Of a stretch of 45,951 nt of DNA, positions 35,542 through 44,288 are shown one piece after another. Origin of the DNA: Phycisphaerales bacterium (GTDB lineage Bacteria; Planctomycetota; Phycisphaerae; Phycisphaerales; UBA1924); contig DRKT01000155.1 of assembly GCA_011053195.1 (NCBI GenBank), forward strand, positions 1 to 45,951, read 5' to 3'. How positions within the stretch are numbered: position 1 is the stretch's first letter; every line of letters begins with the position of its first letter. Below the pieces are notes generated by a model. The model was not told where the DNA came from. It made no database searches and saw only the letters and a list, made by a program, of their open reading frames with translations. The position numbers and the translations under genes are program-made.

Positions 35542-37644
35542 ATGGATCCACTGGTCGCCATCGCGTTGAAGGTCTTTGATGTCGCCCTGATCCTGTTCGG
35601 GTTTGGCGCGGTGATCTTTTTGCATGAATTGGGTCACTTTGTCGCGGCCAAGTGGGCCGGGATTCGAGTCCTTGCCTTCGCGATCGGGTTCGGCCCGGCA
35701 TTCGTGACCTTTCGCAAGGGGCTGGGCTGGCGCCGGGGTTCGAGTGAGCACGAATACCGCGAGCGGGTGGTCCGAGCCGCCGATCAGGGCTCAACATCCA
35801 CGATCAGCCCGACCGAATATCGAATCAACATGCTGCCCCTCGGCGGCTATGTGAAGATGCTCGGTCAGGACGACGCCCACCCGGAATACCGCAGCGACGA
35901 GCCGGACAGTTTCAACAGATGCCCGATCTGGAAGCGGATGGTGATCATCTCCGCCGGCGTGGTGATGAACCTGCTCACGGCTGCAGCTTTGTATGTCATC
36001 GTCTTTACGGTCGGCTTGCGCACCGAACCGGCTGTCGTCGGATATGTGATGGATGCAAGCCCGGCCGCCGAGGCAGTCGCGGTCAATGCCGATGAACTCG
36101 GTATCTCGGAAACGGGCCTGAAGCCCGGTGATCGTGTGCTCGAGATCGGTGGTCGAACGCCGGCCTCGTTCAATGATCTCATCCTCGCCACCGCAATGGC
36201 CAAGGAACATGATGCGCTGAAGATTCTGGTGGAACGCCCCGGGGTCGATGCGCCGGTGCAGTTCTCAATCACGCCGCGCACCGGCGTTCAGGGCCTACTG
36301 GAGCTCGGCATCACGCCGGCGGTGACGACGACGATCCGTGATCCGAAATCCGAAAGCATCCGCAGCGAACTGCAAAGCGTGCTCGAAACGGTTGGGCTGG
36401 GGGAAGTGAAGCCCGGCATGCGTCTGGTCTCGGTCGATGGCGAGCCTGTGTCGCAGGCCGCTGAGATCGGCGAGATCGTCACGCGCGGCCGGGGAGCGCC
36501 GGTCCATCTCGTGTTCGAATCCGACACGGGTCATGTCGAGGCCGACCTCGATCCCGAGCCGGAGTTGGACACCGTCAACATCGGGTCAGAGCGTGAGCCG
36601 GTGCTGATGAAGCACATTGTCGGCCTGACGCCCGTGATGACGGTCGGCCCGCTGGACCCGAGTGCACGGGGCTACACGCAAGGGCTGCGCACAGGCGACG
36701 TGTTCGTTCGGCTCGGTTCGACACCCTATCCGAATGTCGCACAGGGTACAGCCGAGATCAAGGCCCGTGCGGGCAGCACCATCGAGGCGGATGTGCTCCG
36801 GTCCGAAGAGGGCAGGCCACCCGAGATTGTTCACCTGGTCATGGAGGTCCTTGGAACAGGTCGGATCGGCTTTGTGATCGGTTCCGGGTTTGATGATGTG
36901 CTGCTGGCGCTCCCGCCGCCGGCGGATGATCCATATCCGGCCTCGGCTGTGGTGACCCGCCCGGGCTCTCGCCTGCTCACACTCGGGGGTGAACCCGTCG
37001 ATGATTTCGCGGACATCCAGCGTGTGCTGCAACGGGCATCCGACAGTGCCGAAGTCTCCGATGCCGGGCTGGAGGTCCCGCTTCGGCTCCGGCTGCCCTT
37101 GAATCCTTCTTCAGACAAGCCGATCGAACGCGATTCCGTGCTTGTGCTGGGCCCGGATGATGTCAGCCGCATCGCTTCGCTGAGGTGGGGCCTGCCCATT
37201 GGTCCGGGTGTGTTCGAGCAGGAGTGGACGGTGCTCAAGGCTTCGGGACCGCTCGATGCGATCGCGCTCGGGCTGCGCGAGACGCGTCGCGTGATGAGAA
37301 TCACCTACATGACCTTTCTCCGGCTGTTCGAGGGGTCGATCTCGCCGACGAATCTCAACGGCCCGATCGGGATCGTACATTCCGGGACGATCGTCGCGGA
37401 GCGGGGCGTGGTGTGGCTGCTGTTTTTCTTCGCGCTCGTGAGTGTCAATCTCGCGGTAATCAACTTTTTACCGATCCCGATCACCGATGGCGGGCACATG
37501 CTGTTTCTGATCTGGGAGCAGGTGACGGGCAAACCCGTATCCATCGCTGTGCAGAACGCCGCGACTCTGGCGGGCCTGATCCTGATTGTTTCGGTATTCC
37601 TGTTCGTGACGTACAACGATATTCTTCGATTATTTGGATCATGA
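35542..37644 (+). CDS. rseP: RIP (site-2) zinc metalloprotease RseP, long multi-PDZ form (700 aa)
   Basis: HELGH at residues 28-32, PDZ-like segments (GLKPGDRVLEIGG, VKPGMRLVSVDG, GLRTGDVFVRLG), and C-terminal NFLPIPITDGGH (NxxPxxxxDG). Confidence 0.9.
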   Translation: MDPLVAIALKVFDVALILFGFGAVIFLHELGHFVAAKWAGIRVLAFAIGFGPAFVTFRKGLGWRRGSSEHEYRERVVRAADQGSTSTISPTEYRINMLPLGGYVKMLGQDDAHPEYRSDEPDSFNRCPIWKRMVIISAGVVMNLLTAAALYVIVFTVGLRTEPAVVGYVMDASPAAEAVAVNADELGISETGLKPGDRVLEIGGRTPASFNDLILATAMAKEHDALKILVERPGVDAPVQFSITPRTGVQGLLELGITPAVTTTIRDPKSESIRSELQSVLETVGLGEVKPGMRLVSVDGEPVSQAAEIGEIVTRGRGAPVHLVFESDTGHVEADLDPEPELDTVNIGSEREPVLMKHIVGLTPVMTVGPLDPSARGYTQGLRTGDVFVRLGSTPYPNVAQGTAEIKARAGSTIEADVLRSEEGRPPEIVHLVMEVLGTGRIGFVIGSGFDDVLLALPPPADDPYPASAVVTRPGSRLLTLGGEPVDDFADIQRVLQRASDSAEVSDAGLEVPLRLRLPLNPSSDKPIERDSVLVLGPDDVSRIASLRWGLPIGPGVFEQEWTVLKASGPLDAIALGLRETRRVMRITYMTFLRLFEGSISPTNLNGPIGIVHSGTIVAERGVVWLLFFFALVSVNLAVINFLPIPITDGGHMLFLIWEQVTGKPVSIAVQNAATLAGLILIVSVFLFVTYNDILRLFGS

Positions 37645-37648
37645 ACCA

Positions 37649-38569
37649 ATGAGCGGCCTGCTTGAACTGCTCGGGCTCGGGCTTGTGCTCGCGTGGCTTC
37701 TCGGTGTCGCGGTGACGTCGTGGCTCATCACGCATCCGCCCCGCCGGACCTACGCCTCGGCGGTCTCGCGTGATCGGCCCGGCGACCCGGGCGAGATCCC
37801 CGGCTTTCGAGGTTCATACGAGACCTGGTATTTCCGTTCGCGCGGTCGGGATCTGCCGGTCTGGGACATCCCGGGGCGACATCCTGACGGGCCGACGCTC
37901 ATCATGACCCACGGCTGGAGCGACGGCAAGGTCGGGGCGCTCGTCCGAATCCCGGACGTGCTGGACTACTGCTCGCGGATCATCGCCTGGGACATGCCCG
38001 GTCATGGTGAAGCACCCGGCCGATGCGATCTCGGCGTGGGTGAGGTTGAGGATCTCGTCACGCTGATACGAGAGATTGGTGATGCGGAGGATGTGGTGCT
38101 CTTCGGCTGGTCGCTCGGAGGCGGCGTGTCGATCGCCGCGGGCGCCGAGTTGGGCGAGAAAGTGCGCTGCGTGATTGCCGAGGCGCCGTATCGTCTGGCG
38201 ATCACGCCGGCCCGGAACGTGATGCAAACGTCGGCGATGCCTTGGAGGCCCACGCTCTGGCCCGCGATGTGGGTCCTGGCGCTGCTCGGCCGGCGCCCGT
38301 TGAACTGGGCGGGACATTGGGAACGGTTCGATCGGGCCAAACTCGCGGCCCGGCTTCGATGCCCGCTGCTGGTCATCCATGGCGAGGATGATCCGATCTG
38401 TCCGACCGAGGATGGTCGGCAGATTGCCTCGGCTTCGCCCCAGGGAACCTTCGTTATGATCCCGCATGGCACACACAATGGGCTCTGGACGGACGAATCG
38501 GTGCGGGAATCGACGATTCAGGCCGTCACCTCGTTCCTTTCCGCGTGTTCCGGTCGTGATCGGCCTTAG
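37649..38569 (+). CDS. Membrane-anchored alpha/beta hydrolase
   Basis: N-terminal TM LLELLGLGLVLAWLLGVAV, a nucleophile elbow GWSLGG, and downstream HGEDDPI and GTHNG (a Ser-Asp-His arrangement). It starts 5 nt after the rseP stop. Confidence 0.8.
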   Translation: MSGLLELLGLGLVLAWLLGVAVTSWLITHPPRRTYASAVSRDRPGDPGEIPGFRGSYETWYFRSRGRDLPVWDIPGRHPDGPTLIMTHGWSDGKVGALVRIPDVLDYCSRIIAWDMPGHGEAPGRCDLGVGEVEDLVTLIREIGDAEDVVLFGWSLGGGVSIAAGAELGEKVRCVIAEAPYRLAITPARNVMQTSAMPWRPTLWPAMWVLALLGRRPLNWAGHWERFDRAKLAARLRCPLLVIHGEDDPICPTEDGRQIASASPQGTFVMIPHGTHNGLWTDESVRESTIQAVTSFLSACSGRDRP

Positions 38570-38578
38570 AATCAGGGC

Positions 38579-39550
38579 ATGAGCGCCCCTGTGATTCCCA
38601 CGAGTCCAACCGTCGATGCCGTGATGGCTGCCCAGCGCGCCAAAGGATTCACCACCCGCTCGATCAAACGCGAGTCCAAGGGGCAGGCGTTGAGGCTGGC
38701 ACTCTCGATGGTCGATCTGACCACGCTGGAGGGGAAGGACTCGCCGGAGAAGATCGAGTCGATCTGCCGAAAGGCCGTTTCGCCCATGCCGGAGCGGTGC
38801 GACATCCCGAGCGTCGCAGCGGTTTGCTTTTATCCGAGCATGGTCAAAATCGCGGCAGAGGCTCTGGCGGGCACCGGGGTGAAGGTCGCATCGGTGGCGA
38901 CAGGGTTTCCCTCGGGCCAGTTTCCGCTCGACGTTCGGCTCCGCGACACGGAGGAAGCCATCCAGGACGGCGCCGACGAGATCGACATGGTCATCAACCG
39001 CGGCGCCTTTCTGTCCGGGCGTCGGCAGGAGGTGTACGACGAGATTCTCGCGGTCGCCAAGCTCTGCCGCGATGCCTGGACTTCGGACAAACATGTCCAC
39101 CTCAAGGTGATTCTAGAAACCGGTGAACTCGAAACACTCGATAATGTGCGCCTCGCCAGCGACCTCTCGATCGTCGCGCTCGGTGAGTCTGGATTGCTCG
39201 ATGAGCCGGGCGGCGGGTTCATCAAGACCAGCACGGGCAAGATCAGCCCCGCTGCGACAATGCCCGTGACACTCGTGATGCTCGAAGCGATCCGCGATGC
39301 GCACCGACGCGACGGCGTGTACGTCGGCATGAAGCCCGCCGGCGGGATCCGGGCTGCCAAACCCGCGTGGCACTACCTCTGCATGGTCAAAGAGACCCTC
39401 GAAGGGCTCGACGGCTCGGCCGGCTGCCCGTGGCTCAGCCCCAGCCTCTTCCGCTTCGGCGCCAGCAGCCTCGCCAACGACATCCTGCGCCAGATCGTCA
39501 AACTCGAAACCGGAACATACCCCGCGGCATACGACTTCTCGGAGGCCTGA
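38579..39550 (+). CDS. deoC: Deoxyribose-phosphate aldolase (long form)
   Basis: VDLTTLEG, VAAVCFYP, ATGFPSGQ, DEIDMVINRG, LKVILETGEL, and the Schiff-base lysine context FIKTSTGK. Confidence 0.9.
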   Translation: MSAPVIPTSPTVDAVMAAQRAKGFTTRSIKRESKGQALRLALSMVDLTTLEGKDSPEKIESICRKAVSPMPERCDIPSVAAVCFYPSMVKIAAEALAGTGVKVASVATGFPSGQFPLDVRLRDTEEAIQDGADEIDMVINRGAFLSGRRQEVYDEILAVAKLCRDAWTSDKHVHLKVILETGELETLDNVRLASDLSIVALGESGLLDEPGGGFIKTSTGKISPAATMPVTLVMLEAIRDAHRRDGVYVGMKPAGGIRAAKPAWHYLCMVKETLEGLDGSAGCPWLSPSLFRFGASSLANDILRQIVKLETGTYPAAYDFSEA

Positions 39551-39553
39551 TCC

Positions 39554-41047
39554 ATGACCACTGCACCATCGCCATCACGAGCCGAGGTCATCGCCCCCGC
39601 GACCATCGACGCATCTGGACTGTGGGAGTACGCCCCAGCCCCCGAGAGCGTCAGACCCGCGATCAAACCCCGCTATGGGCACTACATTGGCGGCACGTTC
39701 GTCGAGCCGATCGAGGGAAAGCACTTCACCTCCTTCAACCCGGCGACCGAAGAGCCGGTGACGGAAGTCGCCGAGGGATCGGCGGCCGATGTGGCGCGTG
39801 CGGTCGAGGCGGCCCGCGAGGCACTACCCGCGTGGTCGGCCCTGCCGGCGATCGAGCGGGGCAAGTACATCTTCCGCATTGCCAGACGCATCCAGGAAAT
39901 GGGCCGGGAGCTCGCGGTCGCGGAAACGATGGACGGCGGCAAACCCATCCGCGAATCGCGCGATGTCGATATTCCGCTTGCAGCCCAGTACTTCTTCTAC
40001 AACGCGGGCTGGGCGGACAAACTCCCATACGCCTTCGCCGGTCGGAATCCAAAGCCCGTCGGCGTCTGCGGCCAGATCATCCCGTGGAACTTCCCGCTGC
40101 TCATGGCGGCTTGGAAACTCGCGCCCGCGCTGGCCTGCGGCAACACCTGCGTGCTCAAACCCGCCGAGACAACGCCACTCACGGCGCTGATGCTCGCGGA
40201 AATCTTTGATGAGATCGAACTGCCCGCTGGAGTCGTCAACATTGTGACCGGCGCCGGCGACACAGGCGAAGCGCTGGTCAACCAGCCCGGTGTGGACAAA
40301 ATCGCCTTCACTGGCTCAACCAGCGTCGGCAAGAAAATAGCCACGGCTCTTGCGGGCAGCAGCAAAAAACTCACGCTCGAACTCGGCGGCAAAAGCCCCA
40401 ACATCATCTTTGAAGATGCTTCCATCGATCAGGCTGTTGAGGGAATCGTGCAGGGGATCTATTTCAACCAGGGGCACGTCTGCTGCGCGGGCAGCCGGGT
40501 GTTTGTGCAGGAAGGGATCAAAGACGAGGTCGTCTCCAAGCTCAAGAGACGCATGGGCCAACTCCGCGTGGGTGACCCGCTGGACAAGAACACCGACATC
40601 GGGGCGATCAACTCCGAGGATCAACTCGCGACGATCGACCGATATCTCGAGTGCGGCATGCAGGGCGGCAGCGACTTCTGGCAGGCCCCGGGCGAGGTGC
40701 CCGAGCAAGGGCACTGGTGCAAGCCATGCCTCTTTGAGAATGTCCAGCCGAGCGAGGTGATCGCCCGCGAAGAAATCTTCGGCCCGGTGCTCGCGGTCAT
40801 GACCTTCCGCACACCGAAGGAAGCCATCCAGCGAGCCAACAACACGCCGTACGGCCTGGCGGCCGGCATCTGGACGGACAAGGGCTCGAAGATCTTCGAT
40901 ACCGCAAGCAAGCTCAAGGCCGGGGTCGTCTGGCTCAACACCTACAACAAATTCGACGCGGCCAGCCCGTTCGGCGGATTCAAGGAATCGGGCTTCGGCC
41001 GAGAGGGCGGGCTGCACGGTCTTCGGGCCTACACCAATCTCGATTGA
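39554..41047 (+). CDS. NAD(P)-dependent aldehyde dehydrogenase
   Basis: IIPWNFPL, VLKPAETTP, FTGSTSVGK, ELGGKSPNIIF, catalytic Cys in NQGHVCCAGSR, and EEIFGPV. It starts 3 nt after the deoC stop. Confidence 0.9.
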   Translation: MTTAPSPSRAEVIAPATIDASGLWEYAPAPESVRPAIKPRYGHYIGGTFVEPIEGKHFTSFNPATEEPVTEVAEGSAADVARAVEAAREALPAWSALPAIERGKYIFRIARRIQEMGRELAVAETMDGGKPIRESRDVDIPLAAQYFFYNAGWADKLPYAFAGRNPKPVGVCGQIIPWNFPLLMAAWKLAPALACGNTCVLKPAETTPLTALMLAEIFDEIELPAGVVNIVTGAGDTGEALVNQPGVDKIAFTGSTSVGKKIATALAGSSKKLTLELGGKSPNIIFEDASIDQAVEGIVQGIYFNQGHVCCAGSRVFVQEGIKDEVVSKLKRRMGQLRVGDPLDKNTDIGAINSEDQLATIDRYLECGMQGGSDFWQAPGEVPEQGHWCKPCLFENVQPSEVIAREEIFGPVLAVMTFRTPKEAIQRANNTPYGLAAGIWTDKGSKIFDTASKLKAGVVWLNTYNKFDAASPFGGFKESGFGREGGLHGLRAYTNLD

Positions 41048-41083
41048 ATCTTGATTGGCCTGCATTCTGCGTTGACAAAGGAA

Positions 41084-41109
41084 CGGCCCCCGGTCGAAAC
41101 CGGGGGCCG
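41084..41109. terminator. GC-rich hairpin between convergent genes (possible bidirectional terminator)
   Basis: A 10-bp stem CGGCCCCCGG/CCGGGGGCCG with a 6-nt loop. A T-rich tract is present only on the minus-strand side (TTCCTTTGT). Confidence 0.5.
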
Positions 41110-41139
41110 CGTGAAGAACCGAGTAGGTCGAAGCCGGTT

Positions 41140-41853
41140 TTATCGGCGACGACGGATCGCAGCGAGGCCGCCGAGGCCGATCAGCGCCAGCGAGGCCGGG
41201 GCCGGAATGAGCGATGGGTTGACGCCACCATAGGTGGTGACGGTCGGATCGGCATCAAAGTCCGCATTGTTGAGGACATTGGCCGCGGCGTCGTACACCA
41301 TGCCGTTAAAGTCGACCGCATAGAGGGCGCCGGTGGTGCCATCACGGAAGACATTCTGCGGCTCGGAACCAACGTAGCTCATGTTGGTGCCGCCGAGCTG
41401 GCTGGCATAACTGGTGAAGGTCTCATCGCCGACGTTGTCAGGCGAGCCGATGGCGTCGAAAATGAAACCAAACGTCGAGGCGTCATCGACGATGCCGTCG
41501 TTGTTGGTATCGATGTCGGTGACACCCATGGTCCCGGTAAAGTTGTCAACGAGGAACAGCGCGAAGCTGGGATTCTCGAGGTCCGGAACGGTGACGACCA
41601 GCAGACCGTTGGCATCGAATGTGCCGCTGACCTGAGCGGCACGATCAACGGTACCAGCGGGCGAGGTCGAGTCGGCCTCGACGCTGAGGATCCAGCCGGA
41701 GAACGAGTCACCGGGGACGCCGAGCAACTCGATGTCCGTCATGGACGGATCGGCGCCGGGGGGGTTCGGCATGAATTCGTTGATGACAACATCGGCTGAA
41801 GCCGTGCCGGCAACACCCGCCGCGATCGCGGCAATCAAAAAGCTACTGCGCAT
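41140..41853 (-). CDS. Lamin-tail-domain (LTD) protein with a C-terminal PEP-CTERM-type sorting signal
   Basis: Signal peptide MRSSFLIAAIAAGVAGTASA, LTD hallmark VINEFMPNPPG, and C-terminus IPAPASLALIGLGGLAAIRRRR (P-A-P, then a TM helix, then an Arg cluster). Confidence 0.85.
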   Translation of the reverse strand: MRSSFLIAAIAAGVAGTASADVVINEFMPNPPGADPSMTDIELLGVPGDSFSGWILSVEADSTSPAGTVDRAAQVSGTFDANGLLVVTVPDLENPSFALFLVDNFTGTMGVTDIDTNNDGIVDDASTFGFIFDAIGSPDNVGDETFTSYASQLGGTNMSYVGSEPQNVFRDGTTGALYAVDFNGMVYDAAANVLNNADFDADPTVTTYGGVNPSLIPAPASLALIGLGGLAAIRRRR

Positions 41854-42010
41854 GTCTTGTCTCCCTCTCTCGAGTAGTTGAAAACTCTCTGTCCATGTAC
41901 GGGCTCAATGCCCATGTCTTCTCTTGCGCACAGTGTACGGCCCAGAACCCGATACCGAAAGGGGTGTGGACAGGACTTCTCAGGACTTTTCCACCGATTT
42001 CGGTTTATGT

Positions 42011-42039
42011 TTGGCCATTCTGGTCCCGTTTGGTAGACT
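42011..42039 (+). promoter_or_regulatory. Candidate sigma70-like promoter (TTGGCC-17 nt-TAGACT, with TG at the extended -10 position) for the ALDH-like gene
   Basis: The -35 TTGGCC is at 42011-42016 and the -10 TAGACT at 42034-42039, ending 11 nt before the ATG at 42051. This would give a near-leaderless transcript. Confidence 0.3.
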
Positions 42040-42050
42040 AGGCTCTTTGC

Positions 42051-42884
42051 ATGGTCCGAGAGTCAATCGACAAAACGCTGAAAATGTTCATCGGTGGTGC
42101 ATTCGTTCGGAGCGAATCCGGCCGGAGCGAGGCCATCGGGAATCGGCTCCGAGTCTGCAGGGGCTCTCGAAAGGATCTGCGCTCCGCGGTCGAGGCGGCT
42201 TCCAAAGCTCAACCCGGATGGTCAAGCGCCACAGGGTATCTGCGAGGCCAGATCATGTATCGCATGGCCGAAATGCTCGAAGGCCGCAGCGCTGCGTTTG
42301 CCTCGCTGCTCGGCGAGACTGGCAAAGCCGAGGTCGCGGCCGCTGTGGACCTGCTCGTGTCATGCGCCGGCTGGTCGGACAAGCACCAGCAGATCCTCGG
42401 CACCGCCAACCCGGTCGCCGGCCCGTATCACAACTTCACCGTCTCCGAACCCGTGGGCGTGGTCGGCGTGGTCTGCCCGGATGCGCCCCCACTGCTCGGG
42501 TTCGTATCTCTGATCGCGCCGGCAATTGTCGCGGGCAATGCGGTGGTCGTGCTGGCCTCTCGTTCGTCGCCGGCGGCTGCGGTCGAGTTCGCCGAGGTCA
42601 TCGCAACCAGCGATATCCCCGCGGGCGTGGTCAACATCCTGACCGGCGATCTCGCGGAACTGTCGCCCCACTTCGCCTCGCACAGGGAGATTGCCGGCCT
42701 GGTTGCGGCTGGTGTCGACCGTGAAACACGACGAGTGCTCGAACTCGGGGCCGCTGAGAACCTCAAGCGAGTCAGTGTCATCGACGAACCGGTTTCGGTC
42801 GAACGCTGGAGAGCCGGCATCGGTCCCGGCGCGATCGAGCGCACACTCGAGTTCAAAACGATCTGGCACCCAAGCTCAGCCTGA
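42051..42884 (+). CDS. Aldehyde-dehydrogenase-like protein lacking the catalytic domain (277 aa)
   Basis: The N-terminal ALDH Rossmann part is recognisable: MFIGGAFV, PVGVVGVVCPDAPPLL in place of IIPWNFPL, PAGVVNILTG, and LELGAAENL in place of ELGGKSP. About 35 aa later comes an ALDH-tail-like LEFKTIWHP and the stop. There is no catalytic Cys region. Confidence 0.72.
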   Translation: MVRESIDKTLKMFIGGAFVRSESGRSEAIGNRLRVCRGSRKDLRSAVEAASKAQPGWSSATGYLRGQIMYRMAEMLEGRSAAFASLLGETGKAEVAAAVDLLVSCAGWSDKHQQILGTANPVAGPYHNFTVSEPVGVVGVVCPDAPPLLGFVSLIAPAIVAGNAVVVLASRSSPAAAVEFAEVIATSDIPAGVVNILTGDLAELSPHFASHREIAGLVAAGVDRETRRVLELGAAENLKRVSVIDEPVSVERWRAGIGPGAIERTLEFKTIWHPSSA

Positions 42885-42890
42885 GCAGGT

Positions 42891-43622
42891 TTACACCGGC
42901 AAAAGCCGACGTGTGAACGATCGGATCAGCGTGGCCCCCCCGCCGTCTGCGGGTTCGGGCTCCGGAATCGCCCGGTCATCATTCTCAACAGTCGAGGGTT
43001 CGGTCCATTCGATATCAACCTCGGCGTCGATCAGGTGAAAGAGTGCTTCGAGGTGGCGCTTGATAGAGTGCCGGGCTTCGACGGCGTAGCGCTGGTCCGA
43101 GGTTTCAAAGAGTTGGGCCGCCTGCTCCTGGGCCCGCTGCATGAGCTCGCCCTGGGCCTGGGCTTTCATCTGGATGACATCGAGCAGGCCGAGGACCTTG
43201 CCATCTTGGATGTCGTAGGGCGTGACGTCAGCGAGTCGGAGCTGTCCCTCGATGGGGGGCACGACGATCTGGTAGCGACCATCGCCGAAGTCGGTGACGT
43301 CGCGCGCGGTGATCCGGCCCAAGTCGATCGAATACTGCTTCTCGAAATGGAAGATCATGGCCAACCTCGCCGGCGACATCAGCAGCGGCGGGAGCCAGTC
43401 CCACCCCTTCTTCGCGGTGGCGATCTCCTTCGCAGCCACCTCAAGGCCGACAAGCCTGCCCGAGGCCCGGACACGCTCGGCGATGATTTCCGTTGTGACG
43501 GACGCCCCCTTGATCGTGTCCGACCGGCGGAACCGACGCACGACCAGCACAACGACAGCCATCAAAAGCAGGCCGATACACAGACCGAGCACGGCAACAA
43601 TAAGGGTTTCGTTCAGGAACAT
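42891..43622 (-). CDS. DUF4230-like membrane-anchored protein
   Basis: N-terminal TM LIVAVLGLCIGLLLMAVVVLVV. The pattern GRLVGLEVAAKEIAT...YSIDLGRI...IVVPPIEG resembles DUF4230 as I recall it. Confidence 0.7.
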   Translation of the reverse strand: MFLNETLIVAVLGLCIGLLLMAVVVLVVRRFRRSDTIKGASVTTEIIAERVRASGRLVGLEVAAKEIATAKKGWDWLPPLLMSPARLAMIFHFEKQYSIDLGRITARDVTDFGDGRYQIVVPPIEGQLRLADVTPYDIQDGKVLGLLDVIQMKAQAQGELMQRAQEQAAQLFETSDQRYAVEARHSIKRHLEALFHLIDAEVDIEWTEPSTVENDDRAIPEPEPADGGGATLIRSFTRRLLPV

Positions 43623-43646
43623 GGTATCTGGTTCTTGGGAAACAAC

Positions 43647-44288
43647 TCAGGCCTCTTTCGGGCTCTCCTGATCCGTCAATTCGAAGGCGCGGATGACCAG
43701 ATGCCCCCCGATAACGGTGAGGACCCCCCAAAGGATCACGCCTGCAAGCCCCAGAATCAGGGTCCACGGCTGACCAATGGAAATGAACCGCTCCATGAAC
43801 GCATCCACCCGTTTCGTCACCACCAGCCCCCCGAGTATGGCGGTCGGCAGCAGCATCGCGCCACCGATGGCGATGAAGCGCCAGCTCGCGGCTGATCGCC
43901 CGAGCATCACCACAGCAGTCAGAACGGCAAGCCCGGCAGACGCGGCGGCGCGGGCCAACACGACGTTGGTCAGCGGCGGCACCTTGCTGCTCGAGTTCTT
44001 CAGCACGATCGCCCCGAGCACGGAAGCGGTCAGGATGCCACCCGCGGCGCAAAGTATGGCCAGTCCATATCCCGCTCGACGAGGGCGAATTCCATAGACG
44101 ATCGCAAATCCGGCCGAGAGCATGACCAAGAACTCAAAGGCCGCCAGCAGCGGGAGCCAGCGGAGTTCCCAAGCCTCGCTTCCCCTCAAACCGAGCCACA
44201 GGCCCGGCAGCGCGGACAGCGCAATGAAGACACCAAGCACTGCGGTGGCTCGTTGGGCCAATCTGGTAATCGGTACGTCGTTCGGCAC
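43647..44288 (-). CDS. Hypothetical polytopic membrane protein
   Basis: Six hydrophobic segments. GTG start at 44288 with AAAGGA 6 nt upstream. The start is uncertain because of overlap with the upstream ORF. Confidence 0.6.
   Translation of the reverse strand: MPNDVPITRLAQRATAVLGVFIALSALPGLWLGLRGSEAWELRWLPLLAAFEFLVMLSAGFAIVYGIRPRRAGYGLAILCAAGGILTASVLGAIVLKNSSSKVPPLTNVVLARAAASAGLAVLTAVVMLGRSAASWRFIAIGGAMLLPTAILGGLVVTKRVDAFMERFISIGQPWTLILGLAGVILWGVLTVIGGHLVIRAFELTDQESPKEA

Noticed and set aside
41854-41935. Two copies of CATGTCTT[GC]TCT about 60 nt apart in the divergent region upstream of the PEP-CTERM gene
   Set aside because: The match is short and imperfect, and one copy includes the gene's own start codon. 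It is compatible with chance.
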